From positions 4,230,001 to 4,262,000 of the forward strand of contig NZ_LN831039.1 of assembly GCF_001457595.1 (NCBI RefSeq): DNA of 32,000 bases, given 5' to 3'. Source of the DNA: Mycolicibacterium smegmatis. Lineage in GTDB: Bacteria > Actinomycetota > Actinomycetes > Mycobacteriales > Mycobacteriaceae. The stretch's first letter is position 1. Every line of letters begins with the position of its first letter. Made by a program: the position numbers and the translations under genes. Shown in pieces: positions 1-9,977 of this stretch. The notes below the pieces were generated by a model. It was not told where the DNA came from and made no database searches. It saw nothing but the letters and a program-made list of their open reading frames with translations.

Positions 1-1192
1 TACCGGTGACGCACTTGTCGATCAGTGTGCGGCACGCGCGATCGAGGTGCGTCAAAGACTGGAACAGGCTGTGAGCGATGATCGGTTCGAACGCGTTCAA
101 CTGCAGCTGACCGGATTCCGCGGCCATGCTGACAGCCACGTCACAACCCACGATCTCGAAGGCGACCTGATTGACGACTTCGGGGATGACGGGGTTGACC
201 TTCCCTGGCATGATGCTCGACCCCGGCTGCACGGCAGGCAGATTGATCTCATTGAGGCCCGCCCTCGGCCCCGACGACAACAGTCGGAGGTCGCTGCAGA
301 TCTTTGACAACTTCAACGCGGTCCGCTTGAGGACACCCGACACCTGGACGAACGCCCCGACGTCCTGCGTCGCCTCGACGAGATCGTGGGCGGTCGACAA
401 GGACAGACCGGTGACGGCCGTCAGCTTCTCGCATACCAGGTCCGCGTAGCGGGGATGCGAGTTCAACCCGGTTCCGATGGCCGTGCCGCCCAGACTGATC
501 TCACAGATCAGTTGCGCGGCCTCCCCCAGCCGATCGGCGTCTTCACCGACCATCACCGCGTACGTCCCGAACTCCTGACCGAGTGTCATCGGGACGGCGT
601 CCTGCAACTGGGTGCGCCCCATCTTCAGGATGTCCTTGAACTCCTCGGCCTTGACCCCGAACGCCGCCGAGACACGGCGCAATGTGGTTACGAGCGCCGC
701 GAGCTGCTCCTGCAGTGCGATCTTGATCGCGGTCGGATAGACGTCGTTGGTGCTCTGACTCATGTTGACGTGTTCGAGCGGGTGCAGCTCGGAGTAGTCA
801 CCGCGAGCGAAACCGAGTATTTCCAGAGCACGGTTCGCAATGACCTCGTTGGCGTTCATGTTCGTCGAGGTGCCGGCACCGCCCTGAATCGCATCGACCA
901 CGAAGTGTTCGTGCAGTCGGCCGGCACGGATCTCGTCACAGGCTGCGGCGATCGCGCCCGCGCGGCGGCCGTCGAGTAGTCCGAGCTCCTGATTTGCTTC
1001 GGCGGCAGCACGTTTCACCGCTGCCAGCGCTCCGACGAATTCCGGATACGCCGCGACCGTGACGCGTGAGATGGAGAAATTCTCCACCGCACGCGCGGTG
1101 TGGATCCCGTAATAGGCGTCGCCGGGAACCGAGAGTGCACCCAGTGAGTCGTACTCGATCCGCGGCGCCGTCGTCGGCGCTGTCACCGCCAT
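1..1192 (-). CDS. aspA: Aspartate ammonia-lyase / fumarase-superfamily lyase, C-terminus off the left edge
   Basis: Minus-strand reading from ATG at 1192 gives MAVTAPTTAPRIEYDSLGALSVPGDAYYGIHTARAVENFSIS...QGGAGTSTNMNANEVIANRALE...SQSTNDVYPTA...GRTQLQDAVPMTLGQEF and the superfamily signature GSSIMPGKVNPV. It is absent from the ORF track because it leaves the window. Confidence 0.9.
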   Translation of the reverse strand, partial: MAVTAPTTAPRIEYDSLGALSVPGDAYYGIHTARAVENFSISRVTVAAYPEFVGALAAVKRAAAEANQELGLLDGRRAGAIAAACDEIRAGRLHEHFVVDAIQGGAGTSTNMNANEVIANRALEILGFARGDYSELHPLEHVNMSQSTNDVYPTAIKIALQEQLAALVTTLRRVSAAFGVKAEEFKDILKMGRTQLQDAVPMTLGQEFGTYAVMVGEDADRLGEAAQLICEISLGGTAIGTGLNSHPRYADLVCEKLTAVTGLSLSTAHDLVEATQDVGAFVQVSGVLKRTALKLSKICSDLRLLSSGPRAGLNEINLPAVQPGSSIMPGKVNPVIPEVVNQVAFEIVGCDVAVSMAAESGQLQLNAFEPIIAHSLFQSLTHLDRACRTLIDKCVTG

Positions 1193-1734
1193 GTGTCAGC
1201 GGGCCGAGCCTGCGCGGCGGCGGGCAGCCCCTCGTAGAATCCGTCGGTGGCGCACGTGGTCAGTTCCAGCTGCATCCCCCAGGGAGACTTGAAATAGAAC
1301 CACCGCTGCCCGGCGACGGGCGCCTGCGGATCGACGCCATTGGGGCCCTCTTGCACCACCACGCCGGGAATGGACCTGACGTAGTCATAACCCGCGTCGA
1401 TGTCGTCGACATAGAACGCCAGATGATGGCCACCCACGTCGCTGTTGCGGGGCAGCCGGGTGTTGCGATCCGGTGCCTCGTACTCGAACAGTTCCACATT
1501 GTGGTGCTTGCCGATCCGGATCATCGCGATGGTGCACTGCGCCAACTGATCGACGTCGAGCCGGCGTCGCATACCGTCACCGTCCTCGTCTCGGAGCGGT
1601 CCGTCGCGGTAGATCAGCTCGGCACCGAAGTGATCGACGAAGAACGCCACCGCCGCCTCGAGGTCCGGCACCGTGTACGCGACGTGGTCAACCGCTCGAA
1701 GGGTCGGTACCCGTGGTTCTTTGATCTCGCCCAT
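1183..1734 (-). CDS. VOC-superfamily (glyoxalase/extradiol dioxygenase-like) protein, 183 aa
   Basis: ORF with VDHVAYTVPDLEAAVAFF, GGHHLAFYVDD and WGMQLELTT, matching the spacing of VOC metal-ligand motifs. It overlaps the aspA start by about 10 bp, as in an operon. Confidence 0.8.
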   Translation of the reverse strand: MGEIKEPRVPTLRAVDHVAYTVPDLEAAVAFFVDHFGAELIYRDGPLRDEDGDGMRRRLDVDQLAQCTIAMIRIGKHHNVELFEYEAPDRNTRLPRNSDVGGHHLAFYVDDIDAGYDYVRSIPGVVVQEGPNGVDPQAPVAGQRWFYFKSPWGMQLELTTCATDGFYEGLPAAAQARPADTWR

Positions 1735-1742
1735 GCCGCCGC

Positions 1743-3077
1743 CTAGATCTGCGCGGGCGCGTCGACGACGAAACGGTGCCCGGTCCAGGGCAGCTCGTCA
1801 CCGCCGAACTTGGCGGCACGGACATCAGCGGAACGCGCGTGCCCCTCGAAGTTCTCCAGCCGCGACGCTCGACCGCAGATGCGGCCGAGTTCGGCGCTGG
1901 ACGCCGCGTCCTCGATCTCCTGGTAGGTCACGGTCTTCAAGAACTTGCCTACCCACAGACCGCCGGTGTAATTCGCCGCGCCCAGTGTGGGGAGGACATG
2001 GTTCGTTCCGATGGCCTTGTCGCCGAACGAGACACATGTCTTCTCGCCGAGGAACAGAGCGCCGTAGTTGCGCATCTCGGCCAGTGCCCGCCTGGGCTCT
2101 TCGGTGAGGATCTGCACATGCTCACTGGCGTAGCGGTCCGCGAGCCCGAAGGCGTCTTCGAGCGAGTCGACGACGTGCACCTCGCCGTGGTTGTCCCATG
2201 ACACCGCGGCGATGTCGTTGGTTGGCAGGTTCTGCAACTGCCGTGCGACCTCGGCGATCGTCCCGCGCCCCACCCGCTCCGAGGTGGTGATCAGGACCAC
2301 CGGCGAATCCGGGCCGTGCTCGGCCTGGCTCAACAGGTCTGCCGCAACCACAAAAGGATCGGCGCTCTCGTCGGCGATGATGAGGACCTCTGTCGGTCCG
2401 GCGAACAGATCGATGCCCACCTCGCCGAACAACTGCCGTTTGGCTTCTGCCACGTAGGCGTTCCCCGGGCCGGTCAGCAGGTTGACCGGCGCGATGGTCT
2501 CGGTGCCGAGTGCCAACGCCCCGATCGCCTGGACGCCGCCGAGGACATAAATCTCGTCGGCCCCGGCCAGATGCATCGCCGCCACGCTGATGGCCGGAGC
2601 GCTGCCTTGATTGGGCGGCGTTGTCGCGGCAACTCGTTCCACGCCGGCGACCTTCGCGGTGACCACGGTCATGTGCGCTGATGCGGTGAGCGGATACCGG
2701 CCACCGGGCACGTAGGCACCGGACGCGGTGACAGGCACGTGCCTGTGTCCGAGTTTCACACCCGGCAACGTCTCGATCTCGATGTCAAGCATCGAATCGC
2801 GCTGCGCCTGAGCGAAGTTACGTACCTGCCGCTGCACGAAGGTCAGGTCTTCGATCACGGTGACCGGAAGGTCCGACACGATCTTGGCGACGTCGGCATC
2901 GCTGAGGCGGAATGACGACGGGGTCCACTCGTCGAACTGCTCGGAGTATCGGCGCACCGCCGCATCACCGTTGTCCCTGATGTCGGCGAGAACCCGCGCA
3001 ACCGTCTCGATGACCTGAGGGTTGCTCTTGTGTGGCGCGCCGACCGTGGTGGTCGGGGCCTTGAGGGTGACCGGCAC
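1743..3077 (-). CDS. Histidinol dehydrogenase-family NAD-dependent dehydrogenase, 444 aa (possibly HpsN-like rather than HisD)
   Basis: ASGAYVPGGRYPLTASAHMTVVTAKVAGV, LLTGPGNAYVAEAKRQLFG, IDLFAGPTEVLIIAD, DLLSQAEHG and ASEHVQI are HisD-fold signatures. The gene sits in a catabolic-looking cluster. Confidence 0.85.
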   Translation of the reverse strand: MPVTLKAPTTTVGAPHKSNPQVIETVARVLADIRDNGDAAVRRYSEQFDEWTPSSFRLSDADVAKIVSDLPVTVIEDLTFVQRQVRNFAQAQRDSMLDIEIETLPGVKLGHRHVPVTASGAYVPGGRYPLTASAHMTVVTAKVAGVERVAATTPPNQGSAPAISVAAMHLAGADEIYVLGGVQAIGALALGTETIAPVNLLTGPGNAYVAEAKRQLFGEVGIDLFAGPTEVLIIADESADPFVVAADLLSQAEHGPDSPVVLITTSERVGRGTIAEVARQLQNLPTNDIAAVSWDNHGEVHVVDSLEDAFGLADRYASEHVQILTEEPRRALAEMRNYGALFLGEKTCVSFGDKAIGTNHVLPTLGAANYTGGLWVGKFLKTVTYQEIEDAASSAELGRICGRASRLENFEGHARSADVRAAKFGGDELPWTGHRFVVDAPAQI

Positions 3078-3223
3078 GGCTCGTATCTCCTTGACCTATC
3101 GATGATTTGAAGCGCCGACGCGATCCGTGTCTGTGACGCCTTACCAGTGTGTCCTCGCACAGCACCGCGAGAACAGACACACTTTGTGCGATGGCCCCAT
3201 GCAATCATGCACACCTTGCACCG

Positions 3224-4411
3224 TTACCGGCGTACCGCGGGGGCCGACAGGGCGCACACGAGGACCGCGGCCAGCGGCAGGGCGAAAGCCGCGCTCAGAC
3301 TCGTGAGCTCCGCCAGCCAGCCCACCAGCCCAGGCCCAGCGAGGATGGCCAGATAGCCGACACCGACGACCAACGACAGCCGACGAGCCGAACCGTCGCC
3401 GAGATTGCCTGCGGCGGAGAACACTTGCGGTATGCCGCCTGCGATTCCGAGGCCGGTCAATGCCCAGCCGAACAGGACGAGAGGCAGCATCGTCGTGCAG
3501 ATCACGATCGTCAGGCCCGTGACGGCCACCGCTGCGCCGGCCCTGACGATCAGCACCGGTCCGTACTCGGCGGCCAGGCGGTCGATGCAGAACCGCCCGA
3601 CCGTCATAGCCCCGACGAACGCTCCGAAGGCCAATGCGCCCAACGTGGGCGTCTCACCTAGTTCTCGCTGGGCGTGCATGCTGCTCCAGTCCATGGCGGC
3701 GCCCTCGGCGAGAAAGAACAGGAAGGCGAGCAAACCCAGCACCGCCACCCGCCCCCGTCCGGTGGTCGGCGGTTCATCGCGGTGCACGGCGTCGTCGGAG
3801 TTGCGGGCCGGAGGCACCGCCGCTGGCAGATGCGGTCCGCATCGCCACAGCGCCGCTGCGGCGGCAGCGACGATCACCAGGCACACGGCCGAGGCGAACA
3901 CCGCCGTGGTGAGGGTCGTGGCGTGCAGGGCGAACGCCCCTGCGCTGAGCAGGGAACCAACCAGGGTGCTCAGTGAGAACACCCCGTGAAACGACGCCAG
4001 CAACGGCCGCCCGTACAGCCGTTCCGCGATGACAGCCGCGGCGTTGATGGCCACTTCGGCAGACCCCGTGGCCAATCCCAGCACGAACGCGCCCACGGCT
4101 GCCCCCTGTCTGCTGGTGGCGGCGAGCGGAGCGATGAGCGCCACGGCCATCGCCGCAACGGTGACGATCGCCACCCACCGGGGGCCGTACCGGTCGGCGA
4201 TCCTGCCGGTGAGCTGCATGCCGGCGACCGCGCCCGAGCCGAGAATCAGCAGGAGGGTCCCCAGCATCGACGTCGACATCTTTGTTGCAGTCTGCAATGC
4301 GGGTAGATGCACGGCCCAGGTCGACAGCACGATGCCGAACGTCGCGAACAATCCGTAGACAGCCATGCGGTACGTCAGCTGGGCGCGGCGCCTAGACAGC
4401 ACAGTGTTCAC
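3224..4411 (-). CDS. MFS transporter, 395 aa
   Basis: Multiple hydrophobic segments, MFS loop motif TGRIADRYGPRWVAIVT and an internal repeat motif FCIDRLAAEYGP. Confidence 0.8.
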   Translation of the reverse strand: MNTVLSRRRAQLTYRMAVYGLFATFGIVLSTWAVHLPALQTATKMSTSMLGTLLLILGSGAVAGMQLTGRIADRYGPRWVAIVTVAAMAVALIAPLAATSRQGAAVGAFVLGLATGSAEVAINAAAVIAERLYGRPLLASFHGVFSLSTLVGSLLSAGAFALHATTLTTAVFASAVCLVIVAAAAAALWRCGPHLPAAVPPARNSDDAVHRDEPPTTGRGRVAVLGLLAFLFFLAEGAAMDWSSMHAQRELGETPTLGALAFGAFVGAMTVGRFCIDRLAAEYGPVLIVRAGAAVAVTGLTIVICTTMLPLVLFGWALTGLGIAGGIPQVFSAAGNLGDGSARRLSLVVGVGYLAILAGPGLVGWLAELTSLSAAFALPLAAVLVCALSAPAVRR

Positions 4412-4461
4412 TACAGTCGGAGGCCCTTTGCCCAGGCGGAGGCGCCCGATGTCGCGCGAGC

Positions 4462-6474
4462 TCAGACCGTCACCGGGATTCTCCGCGCGGCCCGCTCACC
4501 CTCATGCACCGCCTCCATCATCGTTCGACTGGCGATGGCATCACCGATCCGGACGACGCTGGCACCGGCCGCCTTGAGGCCGAAGTAGAGGTCGTCGACC
4601 GGCCGGTGCCACCCCGCGAGAATCACCGTGTCCAGCGATTCGAGAACCGATGCCCGTCCCTGTTCGGTGATGTGCACTGTAGGCCCGTGGATCGCCGTCA
4701 CCGTACTGAACGGATGAGTTGTCATGCCGGACTTGTGCACTCGCGGCACGGCCAGGTTGGCACTGAACGGGCCGAGCTTCGCGCCGACGTACGGCAGCGG
4801 CGTGACGAACTCGACATCGCGCCCCTCGTCGCTGAGCTGCAACGCGAGCCCGATTCCCTTCCATCCGCCCTCGCCGTCGTCGACGATGAGTACCCGCTGA
4901 CCTACCGGCTGCTCCGCTTCGAGAACGTCCCACACGGAGAGCACGTGTTCCTGGTCCAGCCCGGGCGTGAAACCGATGCCCTGCGCGAGGTTGCCGACAA
5001 TGTCGTGGCCGGGTGCCGAGCCGGTCGCCACGATCGCGTGGTGGGGATCCAGCGCCACAATCTCCTCGGCCGTCGGCGACTGCGCCAGTCTCAGATCGAC
5101 CCCGTACTTGGCGATCATCACGTCGAGGTGATCGACGACGCCGCCGATCTCCTGGCGCCCCTTGATTTTCGCGGCGATGCGCAGCTGGCCACCCGTGTGG
5201 CCGCGACGCTCGAACAGAATCACCTCATGGCCCTGACGAGCGGCGACTTCGGCGGCCTTCATGCCGGCAGGGCCCGCGCCCACGACGACAACACGCCGCC
5301 GCACGGAGGCCTGCAGCAGGGTCCCGATGCCGAGTTCGAGTTCGTAGCCGGCGGCCGGGTTGTGCACACACGTGGAATGTGTGACGTTGAACAGACGGTC
5401 GATACACCCCTGATTACAGCCGATGCAGCGTCGGATCTCGTCGAGGCGCCCCTGCTTCATCTTGTTGACCGTTTCCGGGTCCGCAATCTGCTGACGTGTC
5501 ATCGCCACCATGTCCGCATGGCCGAGTGCCAGGATGTCGGCGGCGTCACCGGGATCGTTGATGCGGCCGACGGCGATCACCGGCACGTTGACCACCGCCT
5601 TGACGGCGGCGGCCAGTTCCTCCCAGATCCGCTTCGGGTGCTGCATGTCCGGCACGTTCTGGTGCGCCTCGTTGTAGGTCGCGGCTTTGACGCAGATGTA
5701 GTCGATCTTGCCGGTGGCGTCGATGGCCCTGGCAATCTCCTGAGCATCCCCGACCTCGAGGCCGCCGGGGCTGAAGTCGTGCCCCTGCAGGTTGATACCG
5801 ACCAGAAAGGCCGGCCCCACCTCGTCGCGAACCGCGTCAATGACCCGCATCACGAAGCGCATGCGGTTCTCCAGTGAGCCCCCGTACTCGTCGGTGCGGT
5901 GGTTCGAGAACGGCGAGAGGAAGGATGCCAGCAGGTATCCGCCGTAGCCGGAATGGATTTCGACACCGTCCATGCCGCCTTGTTTGGCGTGGCGCGCGCC
6001 GATGGCGTGTGCGGCGACGATCTCGTCGATATCCTCGATCTCCATCGCCTTGGGCATCTCGAGGTTGAACGGGCACGGCGTGTTCGACGGCGACCAAAGG
6101 GCCCGCTCGGTGAAGGTCGAATGCCCCTGTCGACCACCATGACCGAGTTGCATGACGATTTTTGCGCCGTGTTCGTGCACCGCGTCAGTGATCTTTCGCA
6201 GGCCCGGCACAATCTCCGGCAGCCACGACCGCGGCTCCCCCGGCACGTCCTGGGAGGTCGGGTGGATCTGCGGGAATGCCATACCGATCAGACCCACACC
6301 ACCGATGGCACGCTCGCGGTAGTACGCGACATGCTGATCGGTGGGAAGGTAGTCCTTTGCCATTCCCGTGCCGTGGCCGGTCATCACCACGCGGTTGCGG
6401 ATCTCGACGTTGCCGAGCGTGATCGGTTCGAACAGCGGTGCCAAGGTGGGGTCGGTGCCTGCGGTCACGGTCAC
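4462..6474 (-). CDS. NADH:flavin oxidoreductase of the OYE / 2,4-dienoyl-CoA reductase / TMADH type, 670 aa
   Basis: N-terminal OYE barrel (LFEPITLGNVEIRNRVVMTGHG, DGVEIHSGYGGYLLASFLSPFSNHRTDEYGGSLENRMRF), Fe-S motif CIGCNQGCIDRLFNVTHSTC, then an NAD(P)-binding VVVVGAGPAGMKAAEVAARQGHEV. Confidence 0.9.
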   Translation of the reverse strand: MTVTAGTDPTLAPLFEPITLGNVEIRNRVVMTGHGTGMAKDYLPTDQHVAYYRERAIGGVGLIGMAFPQIHPTSQDVPGEPRSWLPEIVPGLRKITDAVHEHGAKIVMQLGHGGRQGHSTFTERALWSPSNTPCPFNLEMPKAMEIEDIDEIVAAHAIGARHAKQGGMDGVEIHSGYGGYLLASFLSPFSNHRTDEYGGSLENRMRFVMRVIDAVRDEVGPAFLVGINLQGHDFSPGGLEVGDAQEIARAIDATGKIDYICVKAATYNEAHQNVPDMQHPKRIWEELAAAVKAVVNVPVIAVGRINDPGDAADILALGHADMVAMTRQQIADPETVNKMKQGRLDEIRRCIGCNQGCIDRLFNVTHSTCVHNPAAGYELELGIGTLLQASVRRRVVVVGAGPAGMKAAEVAARQGHEVILFERRGHTGGQLRIAAKIKGRQEIGGVVDHLDVMIAKYGVDLRLAQSPTAEEIVALDPHHAIVATGSAPGHDIVGNLAQGIGFTPGLDQEHVLSVWDVLEAEQPVGQRVLIVDDGEGGWKGIGLALQLSDEGRDVEFVTPLPYVGAKLGPFSANLAVPRVHKSGMTTHPFSTVTAIHGPTVHITEQGRASVLESLDTVILAGWHRPVDDLYFGLKAAGASVVRIGDAIASRTMMEAVHEGERAARRIPVTV

Positions 6475-6543
6475 GGGCGTGCTCCTTGTGTGCGGGATCG
6501 AGCGGCATGCGTGGGCTGCACGCGGCCGCCGAAAGGGCAGGGG

Positions 6544-8109
6544 TCAGTTGGTCAGGGCGCCGGAATGGCCAAGGCGCAGCGACAGGGCCGCCGCGGTGAT
6601 GGCGGGATTGACGGCCCCGGACGAGCAGAAGGTCGACGTGTCGGCGATCCACAGGTTGTCGAGGTCATGGGCTTTCAGGTTCGCGTCGACCACACTGGCG
6701 GTCGGATCGTCACCCATGCGTGCGGTACCGCACTGGTGTGACGTCGCCTCGACCCCGAGACTTCGCGTGAGCACCACCGGGAAGCCGGCTTTGCGGACAA
6801 CCTTTTTCATACGGCGGATGAGCTCATGGTGCGCGGCGAGATTGGTCTCCCTGCGAAAGAGGCTGATCTGACCGTTGGGCCGGAGAGTCACTCGGTTCTC
6901 GGGAAGCGGGAGGTCTTCGGTCTGGATGAACAGGTCGAGTGTGTACTTGGTGACCTCGTCGAGGATGGGCATCGGCACCCAAGGTTTGCCCATCTTGGCT
7001 TGTGGGCCGCGCAGTTTGCCGAGCCCCTGGACGTTGCCCAGCGGGTAGATGTTGCCGGGCCCGGCCTCGTACCAGTCGTTGATGCCGATCGTCTTCTGGT
7101 AGACGGCCTCGTTCTTGCGCCGCGGATCGACAGCGAGGAAGAACGTGGTGATGTGCGCCATGTAATTGCGCCCCACCTGGTCCGACGAGTTCGCCAGCCC
7201 GCGGCGGTGTTGATCGGAGGCGGAGCGTAACAGCAGCGCCGCGGTGTTGACTGCGCCGCAGGACAACACGAATCTGTGCGCGCGGACCTCTATTCGGCGG
7301 TCGTGATGACGGATCTGCGCGGCCGCGACGGTCTTCCCGTCAGGGCTGGTGACCAGTCTCACGACTTCGGCGTTGGTGAGAAGCTCGACATTCCTGGTCT
7401 TCGCGGCGAGCGCGGGACGGACCGCCGAGACGTCGGCGTCGCCCTTCGCCTCGACCATGCACGCGAAGGAGTCGCAGGTGTCACACAGGACGCAGCCGCC
7501 ACCAGGCCGGTAATCGAGCGCTTGAGGAGCCGAAAAGGGATGCAGGCCCTGCTTTCTGGCGCTCTCGGCGAGCCTGGCCATCGCTCCCTCGTGCGGCAGG
7601 CCCGGGTAGGGATAATCGGTGGACCGCCAAGGATCCGTCGGGTCCTCTCCCTTGTTGCTGTGCACCCAGAACATTTGCTCGGCTTCGCCGTAGTACGGCT
7701 CGAGGTCGGCGTAGTCGATGGGCCATGCGGGCGACAGTCCGTCTGCGTGCTCGATCGGCCCGAAGTCGCATTCGCGGAAGCGGGGCAACGTCGCCCCATA
7801 CAGCTTGGTGCTGCCGCCGACGTAGTGGTAGTTGCCGGGTGTGAAATTCTTGCCTGTCGCCGCGTCGTGCCACGACGCGGAGTTCTTGTATCTCCCCTCG
7901 GTGTGTACGGCGTCGAAGGACCAGTTCTCGCGTTCGACGGGGAGGAAGTCGCCCTGTTCCACTATGAGAACTCGAATTCCCTTGTCGCGCAATGCGTAGG
8001 CCAGGCAGCCACCGCCCATGCCGGAACCGATGATGGCCACGTCGGTTTCCACGACGTCGGGAGGATCGGAGATGATCTGCGACTGTAATGCCGCACGCGA
8101 AGGTATCAC
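6544..8109 (-). CDS. GMC-family oxidoreductase (paralog 1), 521 aa, with a CxxCxxCxxxxC segment
   Basis: FAD-binding VAIIGSGMGGGCLAYAL, YHYVGGSTKLYGATLPRF, C-terminal SHQCGTARMGDD...NLWIADTSTFCSSGAVNPAITAAAL. Confidence 0.88.
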   Translation of the reverse strand: MIPSRAALQSQIISDPPDVVETDVAIIGSGMGGGCLAYALRDKGIRVLIVEQGDFLPVERENWSFDAVHTEGRYKNSASWHDAATGKNFTPGNYHYVGGSTKLYGATLPRFRECDFGPIEHADGLSPAWPIDYADLEPYYGEAEQMFWVHSNKGEDPTDPWRSTDYPYPGLPHEGAMARLAESARKQGLHPFSAPQALDYRPGGGCVLCDTCDSFACMVEAKGDADVSAVRPALAAKTRNVELLTNAEVVRLVTSPDGKTVAAAQIRHHDRRIEVRAHRFVLSCGAVNTAALLLRSASDQHRRGLANSSDQVGRNYMAHITTFFLAVDPRRKNEAVYQKTIGINDWYEAGPGNIYPLGNVQGLGKLRGPQAKMGKPWVPMPILDEVTKYTLDLFIQTEDLPLPENRVTLRPNGQISLFRRETNLAAHHELIRRMKKVVRKAGFPVVLTRSLGVEATSHQCGTARMGDDPTASVVDANLKAHDLDNLWIADTSTFCSSGAVNPAITAAALSLRLGHSGALTN

Positions 8110-8273
8110 GAGAAAAAGCTCCCTGGGCTGAAAGTGGGATTGTCCCCGTATCTGTTGGGCAGGTCACTCAACGGTACGAATGGTCAGCGGGGCTGGACAG
8201 ACTCAGGGTGTGCAGTCTGCGCCCGCCCGCAGCACAGGGTGTGCAACTCGGATGTGGGTTGCGCTCAGTGACG

Positions 8274-9860
8274 CTACTGGCGCTGCAGGAGGTCATGGCC
8301 GCGCACCGCGAAGACCAGGGCCTGTCGGGTGTCGGGGTCGTCCAGGGACCGTTGCAGCAAGTTGGTGATGCGCTCGAGCCGGTAGTACAGCGTGCGCCGT
8401 TGCACGAAAAGTTGTTGTGCGGCCTGAGATTTGTTCCCGTCGCAGGACAGATAAGTGCGCAGCGTGGGGAGAAGCGGGTTCGACGCGGTGGCGTCGTGTT
8501 TGAGAATCGGGCCGAGTTCGTCTTCGATGTAGCGAGCCAGTTCGGGTCCGCCGGCCAAGGACGCCAACAGGCGCAGCACCCCCAAGTCGTCGAATCGGTG
8601 CACTTCCTTGTCGGGCTTGGCCGCGGCCACCGATGCCGCGCTGCGCGCCTGTTCGACGGCTGTCGGAAGTTGTGCGGGACTCACCGGTCGACTCACACCG
8701 GCGCGCACGTCGAGCGCACGGAGGCGTTCGACCATCTTGCGCTCGGAACTGGTGGGCGACAGACCCATGATCGCCAGGGTGTGTTCGCCCAGATCCGCGA
8801 CTACGGCCGGCACATGCATCGCCCGGCAGAACTCCTCGATCGCTTCGTCGCTCGTGGCGCCGGGCGGCATCTCTTTGAGTACGGAAACCACCACGAGGGC
8901 ACGTTCCCGCAGGTCCTGTCCCAAGCGCAGGGCTCTTGCGACGAACGCCTCACCGTCGATATCGCCGAGCAGCAGCCTGCTCACAAGCGCGTTCTGACGT
9001 TGGGCGGATCTCGCACCGCTTTCCCTGGCGCCGAGAAGGGCGATGGCGATGCCGTCGGTCGCGCGGTCGACTGCGTATCCGGCTGTGCCGACCAGGGCTG
9101 CACCGCCGTGAAGCACGTGCAACCAACCCCACCGCTCACCACGCAGCACCACGGCTCGTCGCGTGCAGTTGGGGGCGTCACCCGCCGAACCGGACTCGTT
9201 CGACGTCTCGTGTTCGATGCGTGAGTGGTGCTCCCAGTGCGACAGAACATCGTCATCCGCAGGGGAATTCGCGGAATAGGCCACCACCTGATGGGTCGCG
9301 TCTTCAAGGACGACGGGATGGCCCACCTCCTCGGCCAGCGCGTCGGTGAACCGGACCGGGTCCCGACCGGCCAGCAGCATCTGCATGAAGGTGGCGTTCA
9401 GCCGTTCGTATGCGCTCAGGTCGAGCACGCGCTGGTCCACTATCGACTCGTGCACCTGAGCGGACACCTCCACGAACGGCACCTCCCCCGCCAGGCCCAC
9501 CAACGGCAGCCCACGATCCCGGGCAGCATCCACAAGAGCCGCCGGCATCGTCGCGTAGGCCCGACCGCTGAGTTCGATGACCAGGACGGCTGCGCCCGCG
9601 TCGGCGAGTGCAGCGATGTAGTTCTCCTGTTCCGCGGCGCTGGATCCGATCCCGAGTCCAGCGGTCAACAACATCTCTCCGCCGGTGAGAAAGGTTGCGA
9701 TGTCTGGTATTTCGGTCGGGTGGACCCACCTGATGATGCGGTCGAGGTTCTCGTGTCCGGCGTAGACTCTCAGCGGCACCCGTTCGAACACCTCGAGTTG
9801 AAGCGCCGCTTCGACGGTCATCGCCATCGCTTTCGCCGCCTTTCTGCACGATGTGTGCAT
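8274..9860 (-). CDS. PucR/CdaR-family transcriptional regulator; start may be internal (e.g. 9827)
   Basis: N-terminal purine-catabolism-regulator-like region (DRIIRWVHPTEIPDIATFLTGGEMLLTAGLG) and C-terminal HTH_30-like TLRTYLSCDGNKSQAAQQLFVQRRTLYYRLERI. Confidence 0.88.
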   Translation of the reverse strand: MHTSCRKAAKAMAMTVEAALQLEVFERVPLRVYAGHENLDRIIRWVHPTEIPDIATFLTGGEMLLTAGLGIGSSAAEQENYIAALADAGAAVLVIELSGRAYATMPAALVDAARDRGLPLVGLAGEVPFVEVSAQVHESIVDQRVLDLSAYERLNATFMQMLLAGRDPVRFTDALAEEVGHPVVLEDATHQVVAYSANSPADDDVLSHWEHHSRIEHETSNESGSAGDAPNCTRRAVVLRGERWGWLHVLHGGAALVGTAGYAVDRATDGIAIALLGARESGARSAQRQNALVSRLLLGDIDGEAFVARALRLGQDLRERALVVVSVLKEMPPGATSDEAIEEFCRAMHVPAVVADLGEHTLAIMGLSPTSSERKMVERLRALDVRAGVSRPVSPAQLPTAVEQARSAASVAAAKPDKEVHRFDDLGVLRLLASLAGGPELARYIEDELGPILKHDATASNPLLPTLRTYLSCDGNKSQAAQQLFVQRRTLYYRLERITNLLQRSLDDPDTRQALVFAVRGHDLLQRQ

Positions 9861-9905
9861 TCAATCGGCAATGTAGTTCTCAGATCGGGTCTGACGCAAG
9901 TCACA

Positions 9906-9917
9906 TTCCGATCGGAA
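9906..9917. promoter_or_regulatory. 12-bp perfect palindrome TTCCGATCGGAA in the divergent intergenic region (candidate operator)
   Basis: Sequence reads TTCCGATCGGAA, identical to its reverse complement, between the divergent pucR-like and ThDP-enzyme genes. Confidence 0.4.
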
Positions 9918-9977
9918 GACTCAAGGAACACACGACCCCATGTCGCGGCAAGTCGCACGTACGGAAAAGGAGAGTTC

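Noticed and set aside
1743-3077. Treating the HisD-family gene as the biosynthetic hisD
   Set aside because: It is not with hisG/hisE and sits in a catabolic-looking operon; biosynthetic function cannot be excluded without a genome-wide check for another hisD.
9225-9977. N-terminal extension of the 845-aa ORF containing the ThDP enzyme
   Set aside because: Antisense to the pucR-like gene; conserved enzyme sequence begins at the ATG at 9978, which has a clear ribosome-binding sequence.
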